Of a stretch of 64,000 nt of DNA, positions 38,741-52,030 are shown piece by piece. Source of the DNA: Podarcis erhardii (Eukaryota). The DNA is taken from NCBI GenBank assembly GCA_964252035.1, contig OZ176201.1, one strand, 5' to 3'. Below the pieces are notes generated by a model. It did no database searches. It saw only the letters and a program-made list of their open reading frames with translations, and was not told where the DNA came from. The translations under genes and the position numbers were made by a program. Within the stretch, counting starts at the first letter, position 1. The number at the start of each line of letters is the position of its first letter.

Positions 38741-40185
38741 ATTTTTTTTTTTTACTTTAGAAAAGTCTTTCTATAGTAAACAAAAGACAAGCTTCTGTTC
38801 TGTTCTATTCACTTCTATGTGGGTCTCCCAGAGGTGTGTGGGTGTCTGGAATAGTGTTACATGATTAGGATCATGACACACTACAGATTTCTAACACCTC
38901 TTGGCTTCCACTCAGACAGAAACCAATTACAATTCAGAAGTATCCCACTGAGCAGTGCCATGTGAAAGCCAATGAAGTTGTTCTCCGCTTTATCCATATC
39001 AAGATGGAAACAGTCAGCAAGGGGTTGTGGAAATAAGGACAGAGGATGGATTTTCTCCTTGCAGCAATAAATAATGTTATAGGGAGATCTCTGCTGGTTT
39101 CACAGTGATGAAACAGTTTCCTAAGGGGCTAAATCCTCCATCAGTTGAACAGAGCCAGAGCCACTGTGGAGCTGAGGTGGCAACCTGTGGCTATTGAGGC
39201 GAGGGTGTGAGTGTATATTTTTGTTCATATGTTGCCTGCATTAAACATAAAAGATCCTAAAAGTTGCAGTCAGACACAGGGGCAACACCAGTACTGCACT
39301 TCCCCGACTTTAAACGTTTTCAGAACTCTTGAGGTGGGAGTGGGGCTGGACCTATGATTACCTGAGCATTGCTGTTAAGTATCAGTTAAAGTACTACCAG
39401 CTAAAGCACTACACTCTTTTCTGAAACAAACCTTGTTCTGCTTTTCCATAAATCGAACACTGACTGATGCCAATGATTTGTAATGCCACCAGTCAGTGCA
39501 TAGAAGCATAATGCCTATTTCTCAGGGAAAGAATGTCCCTTCCACACCAAACCTTACAGAAATTAGGTGTACTTGCAGCCCCTTTTGCATGTATTCCTCA
39601 CAAGAGCATCTACTCGGTTACCCTGCTTGCTGCATGTGTTTCCTAGCAGAGTCTTGGCGTAAGGATCTAGGCTCTCTCTCCTATCTACATTTAGTTCACA
39701 TTTCATGGTGTGTGTGTTTAAATGCAGGCAGCTGAAATTCCCAGAAGGCAGCATGAACAAAACAGGATTCTTTACTCCTGAATGTGCCACGTGCAGCATT
39801 TTCAGGAGACTATTCCACATAACTCTAGAGAACTATATAGATTGTAAGAATGTCAAGCTCAGCTAGATGAACTATGGAATAACCAGGAAAACAGCACAGC
39901 TGCAACTGATGGCATATACCAATTTTGCTCCTTGGATATGTGCAGTGCTAGCTTTTGTTTCATAGACACTAATTATTGTTCAGTGTAGCGTTAGGATTTT
40001 TTTAAACTATCTTTGGTGAAGGACACCCTGTAGGATACAGCATGTGCGGTGTCCATGAAACCTCTGTTAACAGGCTCCCAAATCGACTTTTTATGCAACA
40101 TGAGCAAAATGCAAAAGATAGTGGTAGGTAGAGAAAGAAGCAAGCATAAAGGTATACTGCACATCCCTTGGACGGGATCTTTAAT

Positions 40186-40303
40186 ACTGGATTCTAGAGG
40201 TTTTTAAGCAGAAGTTGAATGGCCAAATGTCATGTATGATCTAGATGAGATTCCAGGACTAGATGACCCTCAGGGTCCCAACTCTACAGTTCTATGATTC
40301 TAT
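40186..40303 (+). mobile_element. CR1 3' terminus
   Basis: agaggtttttaagcagaagttg..ggactagatgaccctcagggtcccaactctacagttctatgattct. Confidence 0.7.
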
Positions 40304-43300
40304 ATGGAATCACAGGTTTTTCCACTGGGAGCACAGGTCTCAAACTCCTCCTAGAAAAGCAGTTTGGGGGAGGAAGAGTTATGGGGCGGGGAGCAATGGA
40401 TGGTGAAAGAGTGATGCACTATTGTTCCCCATAACATTTCATTTTTGAATGCCAGGTTGTAACTGTGGCCAGGTGGCGTTTGGATTCATAGAGTTCACCA
40501 GTATTATGTAAAAACTGCCAATACACCTTCCCACAATTGGATAAGCATTTTCTAATGTTTCCTGAATTAGAGCCAAACCTTTGCGATGGTATGCTTATAT
40601 TGCTCGCGATGTCTTGTCATGAACAAGACCTGCCTTTGTGTGTGAGAGAAAGCAAGCAAGTGGGGATGAGCAATTGTGTGGTAGGAGAGAAGGGAGAAGA
40701 AGAGAGATGGACAGGAGAGTGGAGAAGTAGTGAGTGGACTCATGAGAGATTGTGGGGATGGTGGTGGAAGGGCAAAGAAAGGAGATGGTTGAGGGAGAGG
40801 ATTGTGCAGGGGAGGGAAAGATGGGCAGAGACAGTGTGAGGAGCAGATTCACCCTTGATTTGGGCTATTTGTGTACATGGGTATTTAAAATCAACCACAA
40901 TGCTGGCTGAAGGTTTCTAAGGTGGCAATCCTAAGTACACTTACCTGGGAGTAATCCCCACAGAACAGATGGGGCACACTTTTGAGTACATATGCATAGG
41001 AGCAGACTGCAGACCAAATTCTATTTCCAAGAAAGCAAGTCAAATGATGGGACAGCCCTATGAGTATGATCTGTGAGATATCAATCCACCTGTTTTATTT
41101 CAAACATCTCAGCAAAATTCAGTTCCGGGGGAAATGCTATAACTCTTCAATATTAGTGGTGATAGGGAATATGATGTAAAAATGAACATGTTATATAGGA
41201 TTGCAGTAATTTTAAAATATGGATAAAAGTCTCTTACTGCCCCAAACCCTTTTGTATATATATATTCCTGTAAACCGTGATGAAAGAAATGGGATATCTA
41301 TTTCCAGTGCAGCTTGTGGAAGGAAAATTCTTGCTGGAATGTGCCTCATATCTATGGTAGTAAATAGTTATTGCTGGACAAATCTCTCTCTAGAACTGTG
41401 TTGTAGTTCTCCATTCAGCAACAAGTAATTATTCAAAGCACTCCAAATATTCTTAAACTTCTACTTAAAAAAAAATCAAACTGAAGTACTCACACTAAAA
41501 ACACACACCCTGTGTGCACAGAAAGATGCATTTTGATTGGCCATCTGGAGTGATTTATTAGATTAATAAGGCACCACTCTGGCGAACAGCTATTCTCAGA
41601 AAGTAGATAAATGTTTTTAATAATCATTGGGAGTTAATATATTACCCACTCTGAATGGTAAAATAAAGATAGCATTATCCTAATTCTTTTATTTTTAAAA
41701 CATCTACATACTGTTCTCTAGACTTGGAAACAAGCACACAGAAGTCAGTTTGGCCAAAGTAGTTGGACCAACAGCTTGAAGCTAATTAGTAATTAAAGTA
41801 GTAACATTTCCAAATGTTTCAATACCTGTGTAGTTATGGGTATCAAGAGAAAATTAATTGCATTTGTGCTGTAGTTGATGAAGTACCAAATGTTTTATTA
41901 CCTGGCAAATTCTCTTGGTGGTTCAATTAAAAAAAACACAAAAAACTGGGGAACTGCAAATCCACCTGTAAAACATGTTGTGATTAAGAAAAAAAATTGC
42001 TTGAATATAGAGCCAGTTAGTGTTTTGCTTTGATGACCAGTAGGGCTCTTGGGTATACAGAAAAAATATTGACAGAGATCTCAGTAACAAGTTTTATGTT
42101 CTTAAAAAAAAGGGGTGTGTCAGCCATTGTTTCTTTATTCCAAAACCCAGGTGTAACCTGATACCTGCAGCACCTAGCAGAAACTAATTCAGTCTGTAAT
42201 TTCAATCTTGGAATAGAAATGAAATACTGATCACGTGATTAAAACATGCAGTCTAATTTTTGTACTTTTAAATCTTGTTTCCCTTGCCCCCACCTCCCAT
42301 TTGGATACCACCTAGCCAGATGAAGAGTTAGAACTAAAACTTAGCTCACAAGTTCGTGATATTTTGGCTGGTGCTTATAAATGCTGGTTTTGGAGAAATA
42401 CATGGATTATTCACATGTCCATTCTGGGCCTCCTGGAGGCACTAAGCGCACACAGGTCTGTTGGGTGTCCGTGTCTTTGTTGCTTCACAAAATATTTCTC
42501 CCCCAGAAAGCCCAGCAAGAGCTATGTGTGCTCACTACCAACAAGGTAGGTTACTGTAATGAAAAGAAAAGAAGAAGCTGGAATAGAGGACTGAAAATGG
42601 GATCAGCTAACAGAGGCCCTCAGGTACATATCCTCACTCCCGCCCCCCTTTGCTGAACTCTTCTGTACATATCATACCACACAGCTCTGGGATTTGTTAT
42701 GTTGAAGCATGAAAACAGAGGACTTCACACTCACACAACACCCACCTACCCACCATACAACTGTATATGAAGTTTCAGGGCTAGCTCGGAAAAAAAGCTC
42801 TCTCAACCCCGAGCCTATAAAGTACAGCACTATTCAAAATGCACGGCAATATTTTGTTTAGTTGTCCGCTGCCACTTGTTATCTTATTATGCCCTCCTCT
42901 GTTCATTCGTTTTTTAGTAAGTATTTTCTGAAGCAGCAGCAGTGGCTGTTCAGTGCCTTACACTGCTGCACTTTAACATTTTTGAACCCAAGACCGCAGT
43001 CACTGATTGCGGACATGAACCAACAGCCTTTGCCGATTTGTGGCTCCACAGAAATTTAGGGGGAAGCTTATCTTGAACCTGGAGGTTCTATATTGTCATC
43101 CATTGATAAGACTCATCCTCCATGAATCTGCCTGTTCAAGTGGTTCTCAAAGCACTGGGAAGGGGGGCACGTTCAGCGGACCAGTTAATACCACTCCCTG
43201 ACAACTCAAAGTACATACATAATTCTTATTTTAATAACTGTAGTCTTGCCTATCTAATGCGATGAATGTGCCTGCTTCTTGCAAGCAAAGTTATATGAAT

Positions 43301-43752
43301 TCATTGCAAGACATATTTCAGCCTTTTTACATTACCCAGCATGCAAGAAACCCATTGTACTGCCTATAGGGAGACATTTATTTCTGCTCCCTCTTCAGCT
43401 GACAGACTGTGCATAAAATACTGTAGCAGAGTAATTTTGGAAGATATACATGTGTACACACACACATATACACACACAGGTGCAACACAGGAAGTTGTCA
43501 TGCCAGTATGAATTGGCATGAATTTCTGGCAACTCATCGCTATGAACACAACCTCTAACTAAGAACCTTACATCCAGAAACTTGTGCTGCTTTGGATGGA
43601 TGCTCACAATTCAAATTTCAATTGCCTAGTCTAATTCATGAAAACCTTCAGCGTGTCTCCTTAGTTTTGTTCTATAAATGCATCTGTGATGCCTGAGGAT
43701 ATGTTATTATGGGGGCGAGAAGGGTGCTTTTTATGTTCTTGTGATTTTAAAA

Positions 43753-44735
43753 TGAGGCCAAAGAATACCAGCCCTTGAGTTTCCTGAGTTCTAATTCAGA
43801 TTGCATAGACCTGATGAAGGGCTTTGACCTTATCAGCTGAAAAGTACTCTTCACACTGCTCAACAAGATAGGATGCCCATCTAAGCGCCACAAAATGGCC
43901 ATGTCCTTCCACGAGAACATGTGTGGCACAATCCAGTATGATGCTTCATCCTCAGACACCTTCCCTTTAAAGAGCAGTATGAAGGAGGGCTGTGTTCTTG
44001 CCCCAACTCTCTTTGGCATGTTCTTCCCTCTGTTGCTCTTTTATGCCTTCAGCTTGACAGAAGATGGAGAGGGAGGGGTCTGTTCAATGTGGCATGTCTC
44101 CACACCAAGACAAAAGTGTGGTGGGTTCTTATCTGAGAGATGTTGTTTGCAGATGACGAAGACTTGAGGAAGCTCTGCAGAGATTCATCAAATGTTTTTC
44201 CAAGCCTGCATGGAGTTTGGCCTGACTATCGGCCTGACATCTTGCTAGCACACCATGCACCAGCATTTCTGACCCCAGGCTTGAGGCGGTAGACAATTTT
44301 GTTTAACTGGGCTCCACCATAACCAGCAACCTTTTCCACTGATGCTTTCCACATGCTCTGTATCAGGAAGAGCCAGGGGTACCACATGGCAGGACAGTCT
44401 CAAAGATGTGTTGTTCCAAGGTTACCTTCCCAGCATGTTCACACTTCTGTCTCAGTGATGTCTAAACTAGATTGGTAATGTCCACAGATGAAAGATGGCA
44501 GGACCCCCAATTCTATGGGGAATTGGCTTCAGGCACCAGGCCCATTGGTAGACCAACTCTGTGTTGTTCTCTACAGCCACGGCAAGCACTGTAACTCTCT
44601 AACAGTTTGACTCCAATGGCACACTCTTCCATTCTCTCTCAAGACATATGGATGCCAATGAATTCAGATTGTAGATAAACAGCCTGGTGACAAATGGAAA
44701 CCCCAAAGATGCATGAAATGAAGCAAGGTCAACTC
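43753..44735 (+). mobile_element. Degenerate RTE-1-clade LINE fragment (RT to 3' end)
   Basis: IDLMKGFDLIS..IGCPSK..SFHENMCGTIQYD..FPLKSSMKEGCVLAPTLFGMFF..EFGLTI..EAVDNFV*LGSTI; frameshifts and stops. Confidence 0.8.
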
Positions 44736-46127
44736 TTGGTCCAAGAAGATTATGTGACTTGCTGACCTCCCTCCTGGATTAGAAAGCTTTTACTTAAGGC
44801 AAAATGTTCCAGTGTTGCTTCAACATTAATACAGCTAGAAACAGCAAAGAGAGTGAGACACCAACAGTTCTGCCCTTGCTGTTGAAAAGCAGAGGCTTTA
44901 ATTACATAGCAAGCAAAAACTGGCATTTTTAAAAAAAGTTTGTTGTTGATGTCCCTCTGGGACAACAGACAGGCAGAATACTTAATCACTGCAACTCTCC
45001 CAGGAAGCTCAAGTGCTATCTGGATCAGAGAAAAATTGTTTGTTAACCCTCATGGCACACAAATAAAATATGAACATAACGTTGCTCAACATAGCATGTG
45101 AGCTGAAAGATTGTGCTGTATTTGGCCTACATTCTTGTGCTCAAATCTTGAACCCAGCCCAGCCCAGCTCTCTTCCCACTTCACCTTGCTTGTGTGTAGG
45201 TTAGATATAATGTGCAAAATGCACAATGAAGGTTTGGCATTTTCGGCAACAGTCAGAGGCATAGCATTAGCTTGCTCACGGTATTAGATGTAAATTCCAG
45301 AATCATGAATTCAGCACTGCCTCTTTACTGTGGAGATGAATAGAAGCATGATGAGAGGGGAGGGAGCAAGTTTTTATTTGAACACAAACCTCTGTAGTAA
45401 TTAGCAGGGAAAGATACAGAAAACACAGCTGTTTGCAGCAAGTATGCAGACAGCTGCTTAGAAGCTGTCCTTCCCTGTACCATTGTGATGATTTTGGTGT
45501 CATTATTATACATAATTTATATAGCATTGTTTGGCATACAACCCACCTCTCATTCATATTCTGTGAGGCAGGCTGCTATTATTCCTGTTTTTACTAATGG
45601 AAATATGGGCTGAAAGGTTGTCATCCAAGGTCCATGGCTGAATGAGACTAGAGCCCTCATTCTCAAGGTCCAGAAAGCAGACTGAATGACTTGCACTGTG
45701 CAATAGTTGGGCTCTTTCTCATGAGGTTTTCTTCATTTTTTAGTTTGTTTCCTTCTTGGTGGGCCATCAAAAATGGCTGGGGAACACTGCCTCCAAATGC
45801 CTTGTTTACAGGCCAGTTCATCACAGGGGCTTGCCTACCCTCCCTCCTGCAAGCCATCTATAACTTTTACACCTTCTCTGATGTTGCTGCGACATTTCCT
45901 CCCTTACAATCTCTCTCTGTCCTGGTGTCCTCTTACTCCTTGCTGTCCTCCTTGGAATTTTCTGCCGATTATAAAAGGGAAACGGTCCCTTCCAGCTCAT
46001 CTCCTTTCCAACCCCCCCAACCCCATCAATCCACCTGGAAGCTGGCAAGCACAAGGAGCCAAACTGCCTTGTTGTCTTTCCCATACACATGGTATAGGAT
46101 TGGCTGCAGCTTTCTATTGAATGCATA

Positions 46128-46483
46128 TAGGTAAAGGGTAAAGGGACCCCTGACCATTAGGTCCAGTCGTGGCTGACTCTGGGATTGCGGTGCTCATCTC
46201 GTTTATTGGCTGAGGGAGCCGGCGTACAGCTTCCGGGTCATGTGGCCAGCATGACGAAGCCCCTTCTGGCGAACCAGAGCAGCGCATGGAAACGCCGTTT
46301 ACCTTCCCACCGGAGCAGTACCTATTTATCTACTTGCACTTTGACATGCTTTCAAACTGCTAGGTTGGCAGGAGCAGGGACCGAGCAACAGGAGCTCACC
46401 CCGTCACGGAGATTCGAACCGCCAACCTTCTGATCAGCAAGTCTTCAGCTCTGTGGTTTAACCCACAGCGCCACGCGCGTCCC
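46128..46483 (-). mobile_element. Sauria SINE, full length
   Basis: 12-bp TSD attgaatgcata at 46116-46127 and 46484-46495; tRNA-like head with B box GGTTCGAATCT(C). Confidence 0.95.
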
Positions 46484-46814
46484 ATTGAATGCATACTTGA
46501 TGGTAAATTTGGCTTACATTTTCTGTGAATTCTGTGGCCTCCTGCCTGGTGTGCTTCCTGCACAGTGGGGCAGCTGTGGTAGTGTGGAAGGCACTAGATT
46601 CCTCTGGTGGGTTAGGCTCAGGGGACAGCATATGTGAAGCTTCTGCCTTAGGCTGTGTGGGTTCAGGACCACCAGCCTCAGATTATATGTGTTCCAAACC
46701 ACCAGCTTTGTGCCCTGTGAGCTCTGAATCACCAGCTTCAAAAACAATGGCTTTTGGTGAATATGTGAGCCCTAGGAGAGGAGATTGCAGCCACTTTGCT
46801 CCTCACTGGTCATT

Positions 46815-47095
46815 CTGCTGCTGCAGCTAAGCCATGGCTTGGCATGTCTACTGAACTTGAGTATATGGTTTATATCTCTCCAGACTAACCATGAACCAAG
46901 GTTTGCCCTATGGTTTATAGCTCATGGGTTGACTAGGAGAGCTAAACCACGAGTCCAGGTCTGGAAAACACACTATGTCATGCTTAGTTCTGTGCAGCAC
47001 AGCAGGAAAACAACCAGGGAGGAGCTAAGGGGCCACAATCTCTTTGGGAGTCTGTGCATTTGCACTAAGCCACAATTTGGCTTATCATTAGGTAC
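46815..47095. repeat. Second, more degraded copy of the 101-440 element
   Basis: Shared order: gccatggct..gcatg / ctctccagactaaccatg / tggtttatagctcatgg / gagagctaaaccacgag / acacacta / ggaggagc / gggag. Confidence 0.6.
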
Positions 47096-47388
47096 AGAGG
47101 ATGTGCAAGTCATTTTACTTTCTACTATGACTGCTTGATTGTAGGCAACAAAGCTGCCCTGATAACATAACCTGCTCCATGCCTGAACTAGAGAGTGGCT
47201 GCCACACTAAGTACCCAGAATCTTGTATGGTAGAATGGGATCCCATGGCTGTGGAAAGAGATCTGCCATCCTTTATGGTGTGCTGTGTATGTGGAAAGGG
47301 AGCCTGCAATCCTGTTGATCCACATATAGGTTCTTGCTACCACCCAATATGGCCCATTATACCTTTTTGCAACAAGTGGCACTACAAA

Positions 47389-47983
47389 CAGGGCTAAGAC
47401 GGAGGCCCTAAACTGTGTCATGATCAAGAGAGCCCATAGCATTACCTCCAAATGTGTACTATTCTAACAGAAAAGACAATGAAATAATACACTTTTATAT
47501 TTGAATTTATACTGGTACATAAGTGAGGATGCAATTAAAAACTAACAAACTATCTTGTAGTATTCCTGTTTCTATATAATGTACCCTCTTAGCACATATG
47601 ATTTGTTTTTAGAGCAGCACAAGAGCCGTTAAACATGCAGTCTATCACTTACTAAGTGGAAGAGTCCACACAGCATCTATTGTGTGTGTTCTGCACATAA
47701 CACAAAATGTAAAACACTTTCTTTCATGATTTTTTTTGAGAGCACAGCCATGGATGTCACCCAATGATAGCTGATTTATAATCACAGTATGATAAATATG
47801 GTACTAAATATATTATTGTCACATCAGAACAAAAATGTATGTTCTTCTGTGTGCTTTAACAGATCATAAAAACTTTAGAAATCTTTGGGGGGGGGATTTG
47901 TATGTGTGTTTTGTATTTAGAGGCCCCTCATAATCTGAGCCCTAAATTGTAGTTTACTTAGCTTGTGCATTAATCCAGCACTG
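47389..47983. mobile_element. Old non-autonomous hAT-like element
   Basis: Starts cagggct..ggccctaaactg, ends gagccctaaattgtagtttacttagcttgtgcattaatccagcactg; degenerate 8-bp TSD actacaaa/gctataaa. Confidence 0.5.
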
Positions 47984-48445
47984 GCTATAAACATATGTAA
48001 CCTCTGACTTTCATGACCCATGCCTTTCCTCAGTTTGCAGAACAATCATAGGGTTCCAATGGCAGGACTCTGAATGTGGCAGAAGCAGGGGCATGCTTAT
48101 GAAAACAATGAGTACAATACAAACCACCACTCCCCTTCCACACACATGTATTATTTTCCTACTGCTGATAAAACCATACGGGATGGATTCAGCATGAGCT
48201 GGGAAGTGTTAGCTAAAGCACAAAACTGACAAGCAGTTACAAAGCATTCTGTGAATGAAGCCTGCAATATTTATCCATCTGCATGCCAGGCTATTACTGA
48301 AGAGAAGGAATCAATAGCTGCTGGGTGTTTTTTGTGTGCGTGTTTAAAATAAATAAATAAATAAATAAATGCTCAACTCCTGGAACAGAAAGTAAATGAA
48401 CAAAGAGAGAGAGAGAGGACCATGAATGAGAACTTGGCAGTGTGA

Positions 48446-48452
48446 ATATGCA

Positions 48453-48488
<36 letters not shown>

Positions 48489-48514
48489 TGTGTGTGCATG
48501 TGTGTACATGTGCA
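48446..48514. repeat. 69-bp perfect alternating purine/pyrimidine tract with (TG)13 and a (CG)4 core
   Basis: Direct reading. Confidence 0.95.
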
Positions 48515-48599
48515 AACAGTAATTTGATTTTTAGGGTGAAGTGCATTCAAATGATTCTGCAATTCAAAAAAGGGCTTATAGAAGAAAGGCAGACTGTAC

Positions 48600-48710
48600 C
48601 TTCATCACCGGTTGAGCAAAATACTTGGCACTCCAGTCGCAAAACCCCGTCTGCATTGTTGCTGACATGAAGTTTTTATGCCCCACGGTATCTTCGGCAT
48701 CATCAGCTGT
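48600..48710 (-). CDS. RPTOR: RPTOR exon ~24 (111 nt)
   Basis: TADDAEDTVGHKNFMSATMQTGFCDWSAKYFAQPVMK; acceptor ggacag, donor gtacag. Confidence 0.98.
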
Positions 48711-48880
48711 CTGTCCAGAGAAAAGTGAGGAAACAAAGTTACATGTGCTTCAGTTACAGTACCTGCACATCTGGTTTCTCTGAGTGTATATCACATCAAC
48801 CACAGTAGGATGTCACCATCCAATAATAGTCTATTGGAACAACCCCTCACCCCGCCGCCAAATCAGAAGATAGCCTAGTA

Positions 48881-49133
48881 CAGTGGTGCCCCACAAGACG
48901 AATGCCTCGCAAGACGAAAAACTTGCTAGACGAAAGAATTTTCCGTTTTTCGAGGTGCTTTGCAAGATGAATTTCCCTATGGGCTTGCTTCGCAAGACGA
49001 AAACGTCTTGCGGGCTTGCTTCCTTTTTCGTAAAACCGTTAATACCCGGGGAATCCGCGCTCTGCAAGACGAAAAAATCGCAAGACGAAGCAACTCGCGG
49101 AACGAATTATTTTTGTCTTGCGAGGCACCACTG
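48881..49133. mobile_element. Tc1/mariner-type MITE, family B
   Basis: TIR cagtggtgcc(c/t)c(a/g)caagac, TA flanks; five exact CAAGACGAA motifs; CpG-rich. Confidence 0.9.
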
Positions 49134-49135
49134 TA

Positions 49136-49346
49136 CAGTGGTACCTCTAGTTACGAATGCATCTGTTTACTAACGCTTCAGGTTATTAGCTCCGCTAACC
49201 CGGAAGTAGTTGCTCCCGGTTGTGAACTTTGCCCCAGGATGCGAGCGGGAGGTGCCATTAGCGAAAGCGCGCCACAGGATAAGAACGGTTTCAGCTTAAG
49301 AACAGACCTCCAGAACGAATTACATTCGTAACCAGAGGTACCACTG
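49136..49346. mobile_element. MITE family A variant, abutting family B via a shared TA
   Basis: 24-bp TIR cagtggtacctct(a/g)gttacgaatg with 1 mismatch; TA flanks. Confidence 0.92.
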
Positions 49347-49704
49347 TATATTATTTCTGAAGCAAATCATGGGGGAATGTGGCCATATTTTGCTCTCAAA
49401 TACTACATGCCACAGAAGTTGCTATGCCCTGTAATAAAGTATCTTGTAAGTATCTTTATTTTGGTAACACTAACTAGGGGAAGCACTTCTTAGGGCTGAC
49501 AACCTTTGTATCTTTCTATGTGGTAGATACCAACATTCTCCTGTGATCCTTTTCAAGGGCAACGTACACTGTTAAGCTCAACCAAATAAAGTCAAGCTCT
49601 TTTCACAAACACAAGTACAGAATGCTGTTAAAGAGTCACACAGACAGGACTGAACAAAGCAGCTGAGGGAGCCCTCCAATCATATTTGCAGTCATATATG
49701 CATA

Positions 49705-50093
49705 TGTCAGGGAACTGACATCAGAAAGAGAGGTGGAGGCAAGGCTCCAAAGCGATGCAGGAGAGGGGACCAGCAGGGGGGAAGGAATTCAGCGTAACAC
49801 CGGTGGAGAAGGGGGAGAGATGGAGGATCCGGAGAGAGGTCTCCAAGACTCTTCACCCGAGACTAGTGGGGAGAGCGCGGGCACGCCTCTGCCTTCCCCT
49901 TACTTGCGTAGAAGAGTTCCGCGCAGGGAGAGTAGGAGGAGACTTGGCATCAAACAGCTTTTATGCTGGAGGAGGTTCAAGAAACGCCCACTGACGGATT
50001 CTGCAAGTGACGGAACGGCCACAGAGTGTGGGCTGTCAGCCAAAGCAAGGTTAACCAGGCAATCTAGCCAAGACTGGCGGCAACTTACGCACA
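49705..50093 (+). mobile_element. CpG-retaining, GA-rich insertion, possibly a partial LTR (Gypsy-like)
   Basis: Abrupt composition shift; begins TGTCAGGG and could end ..GCACA; no TSD found; family not verified. Confidence 0.4.
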
Positions 50094-50189
50094 AGTAACC
50101 CCTTATAACCATTACAGCATACTACTGAAAATGGTGGTGAGGCCACTTGGATGAAAAATATATATGAAAATGCTCATTACATTTATATA

Positions 50190-50540
50190 TGCCACTGTCT
50201 TCCAAGGTTTTCCCTGCTCCATTTCATTCTCAGAGCAACCCTGTGAGGTTGCTTAGATTGTAAAAATTGGCAAAAAAAATCTTACTGTGTGACCTTGGGC
50301 AAGATTTATTTATTTTTGCCAATTTCTAAAATTGATTTTCCAGGTCTTAACCCAATTATACAAATTATTTCCAAATGAATACAGTTTTGTTTAAGTGACT
50401 TCCCATGTGTCATTCTTGATGCGTCCTTGTCTTCTGATGTTACTGCTTTTACAGCACCCAGTGATATTTATGGCTGAGTGGGGAACTGAAACTGAATCTC
50501 CCCAGTCCTAGTCCAACATTCTAACCACTAATACACCATC
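50190..50540 (-). mobile_element. Old MIR/Squam3-like SINE pieces
   Basis: cagagcaaccctgtgagg and atggctgagtggggaactgaa..ctccccagtcctagtccaacattctaaccacta (reverse tRNA head). Confidence 0.5.
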
Positions 50541-50832
50541 CTAACTTTTACCAGCTTGGTTCCTCAAGCTTTACAGTATTTTCTATGAAAGTTGCTACCT
50601 ATGCCAGGTGGCCAGGTGCTATTTCCAATTCTACCACTGCCTATAAGAAAAGACAACATTGACACATGTTTCCAACTATGCAAATGGGAGGTGAAAGGGG
50701 GCCATAGAAGAATTGCAAAGATTGCTATAATATTATAATAAGTAATAAATAAATTTAAGGACTATGTGCTGTCCCAAAATGCTGTACGTATTTGTTTGAA
50801 AGAACCATATGAATTTAGGCCTTTGTAAGGAA

Positions 50833-50834
<2 letters not shown>

Positions 50835-50872
<38 letters not shown>
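50835..50872. repeat. (AC)19 microsatellite
   Basis: Direct reading. Confidence 0.97.
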
Positions 50873-50874
<2 letters not shown>

Positions 50875-51534
50875 GCCTAGTGAAAAGTATATTAATGCTG
50901 TCTAAGAGGCAGAGACCTGTATTCTCTAGGGTGCTGATTTTAATATTGAACAGGGCACCTGTGTCTTCAGTAGAAGTATAAAAGGGAGAATTTCAGAAGG
51001 TGAAATGACACTAAAATGACAAGAGAAACTGGCATGTCCACATTCAAATATCCTTTCTATGAAAATACTACAGAAAAAATTGCATCTGGTAACCTGAATG
51101 GCTCCTGAGACTTACGGCTGCAAGTGTTTCCCCTTATAGTCAACACTGCAGAGAGACAGAGCCCAACTGAAAGATCCCTGACATATGTACCTATCGCAAA
51201 AAGGTTTTAAAACACTAAACCACAGTGTTTATTCTGCAAGCTATAAGTTCACACAAAAGCGTAGCACATGAAGAAGCCTTTCTCAAGATGCATTAACAGA
51301 ATTAGGTTACAAAAGGAAACCGTATTTTCAGGGAGAAAAATTGCATGCCATCAAGAATGGCAAAAATATGCAGTGAGGAAGAGAGGCTGGAAAAGATTGT
51401 AGGCATAGTATCACATTTCTAGCTGCCAGAGATTTTTCCTGTATCACATTATTATACTAGCTTATGACTATTGTATCTGAAGGACTGCCTTCACTTGTAT
51501 TTTCCACTCAGATTGATCAGCACCAGAACTTGTA

Positions 51535-51869
51535 AAGGTAAAGGGACCCCTGACCATTAGGTCCAGTCGAGGATGACTCTGGGGTTGCGGTGCTCATCTC
51601 GGTTTACTGGCCGAGGAAGCCAGCATACAGCATGTAGCCAGCATGACTAAGCCACTTCTGGCGAACCAGAGCAGCACATGGAAACGCCGTTTACCTTCCT
51701 GCCGGAGTGGTACCTATTTATCTACTTGCACTGCATGCTTTTGAACTGCTAGGTTGGCAGGAGCTGGAATCGAGCAATGGGAGCTCACCCTGCCGCGGGA
51801 ATTCGAACCACCGACCTTCTGATCGGCAAGCCCTAGGCTCTGTGGTTTAACCCACAACACCCCCCACAT
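51535..51869 (-). mobile_element. Sauria SINE, near full length
   Basis: 12-bp TSD ccagaacttgta at 51523-51534 and 51870-51881; internal ~10-nt deletion. Confidence 0.95.
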
Positions 51870-51914
51870 CCAGAACTTGTACTCTACATTTTTTTTCTTG
51901 CTGCATTTGTCACT

Positions 51915-52030
51915 GTATAGTGTAAAGGACTGAAGGACTCAAGCTATGAAGCTCACCAGGTGACCTTGGGCTAGTCACTATCTCTCTGCCTACCCTACCT
52001 TCACAGGTCATTTCAAGGATAAAATTAGGG
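51915..52030 (+). mobile_element. Old Squam3/MIR-like CORE fragment
   Basis: caggtgaccttgggctagtcactatctctctgcctaccctaccttcacagg. Confidence 0.55.

Noticed and set aside
2871-49346. All four family-A MITEs share one orientation, and four of five Sauria SINEs are sense to RPTOR
   Set aside because: The counts are too small to differ from chance.
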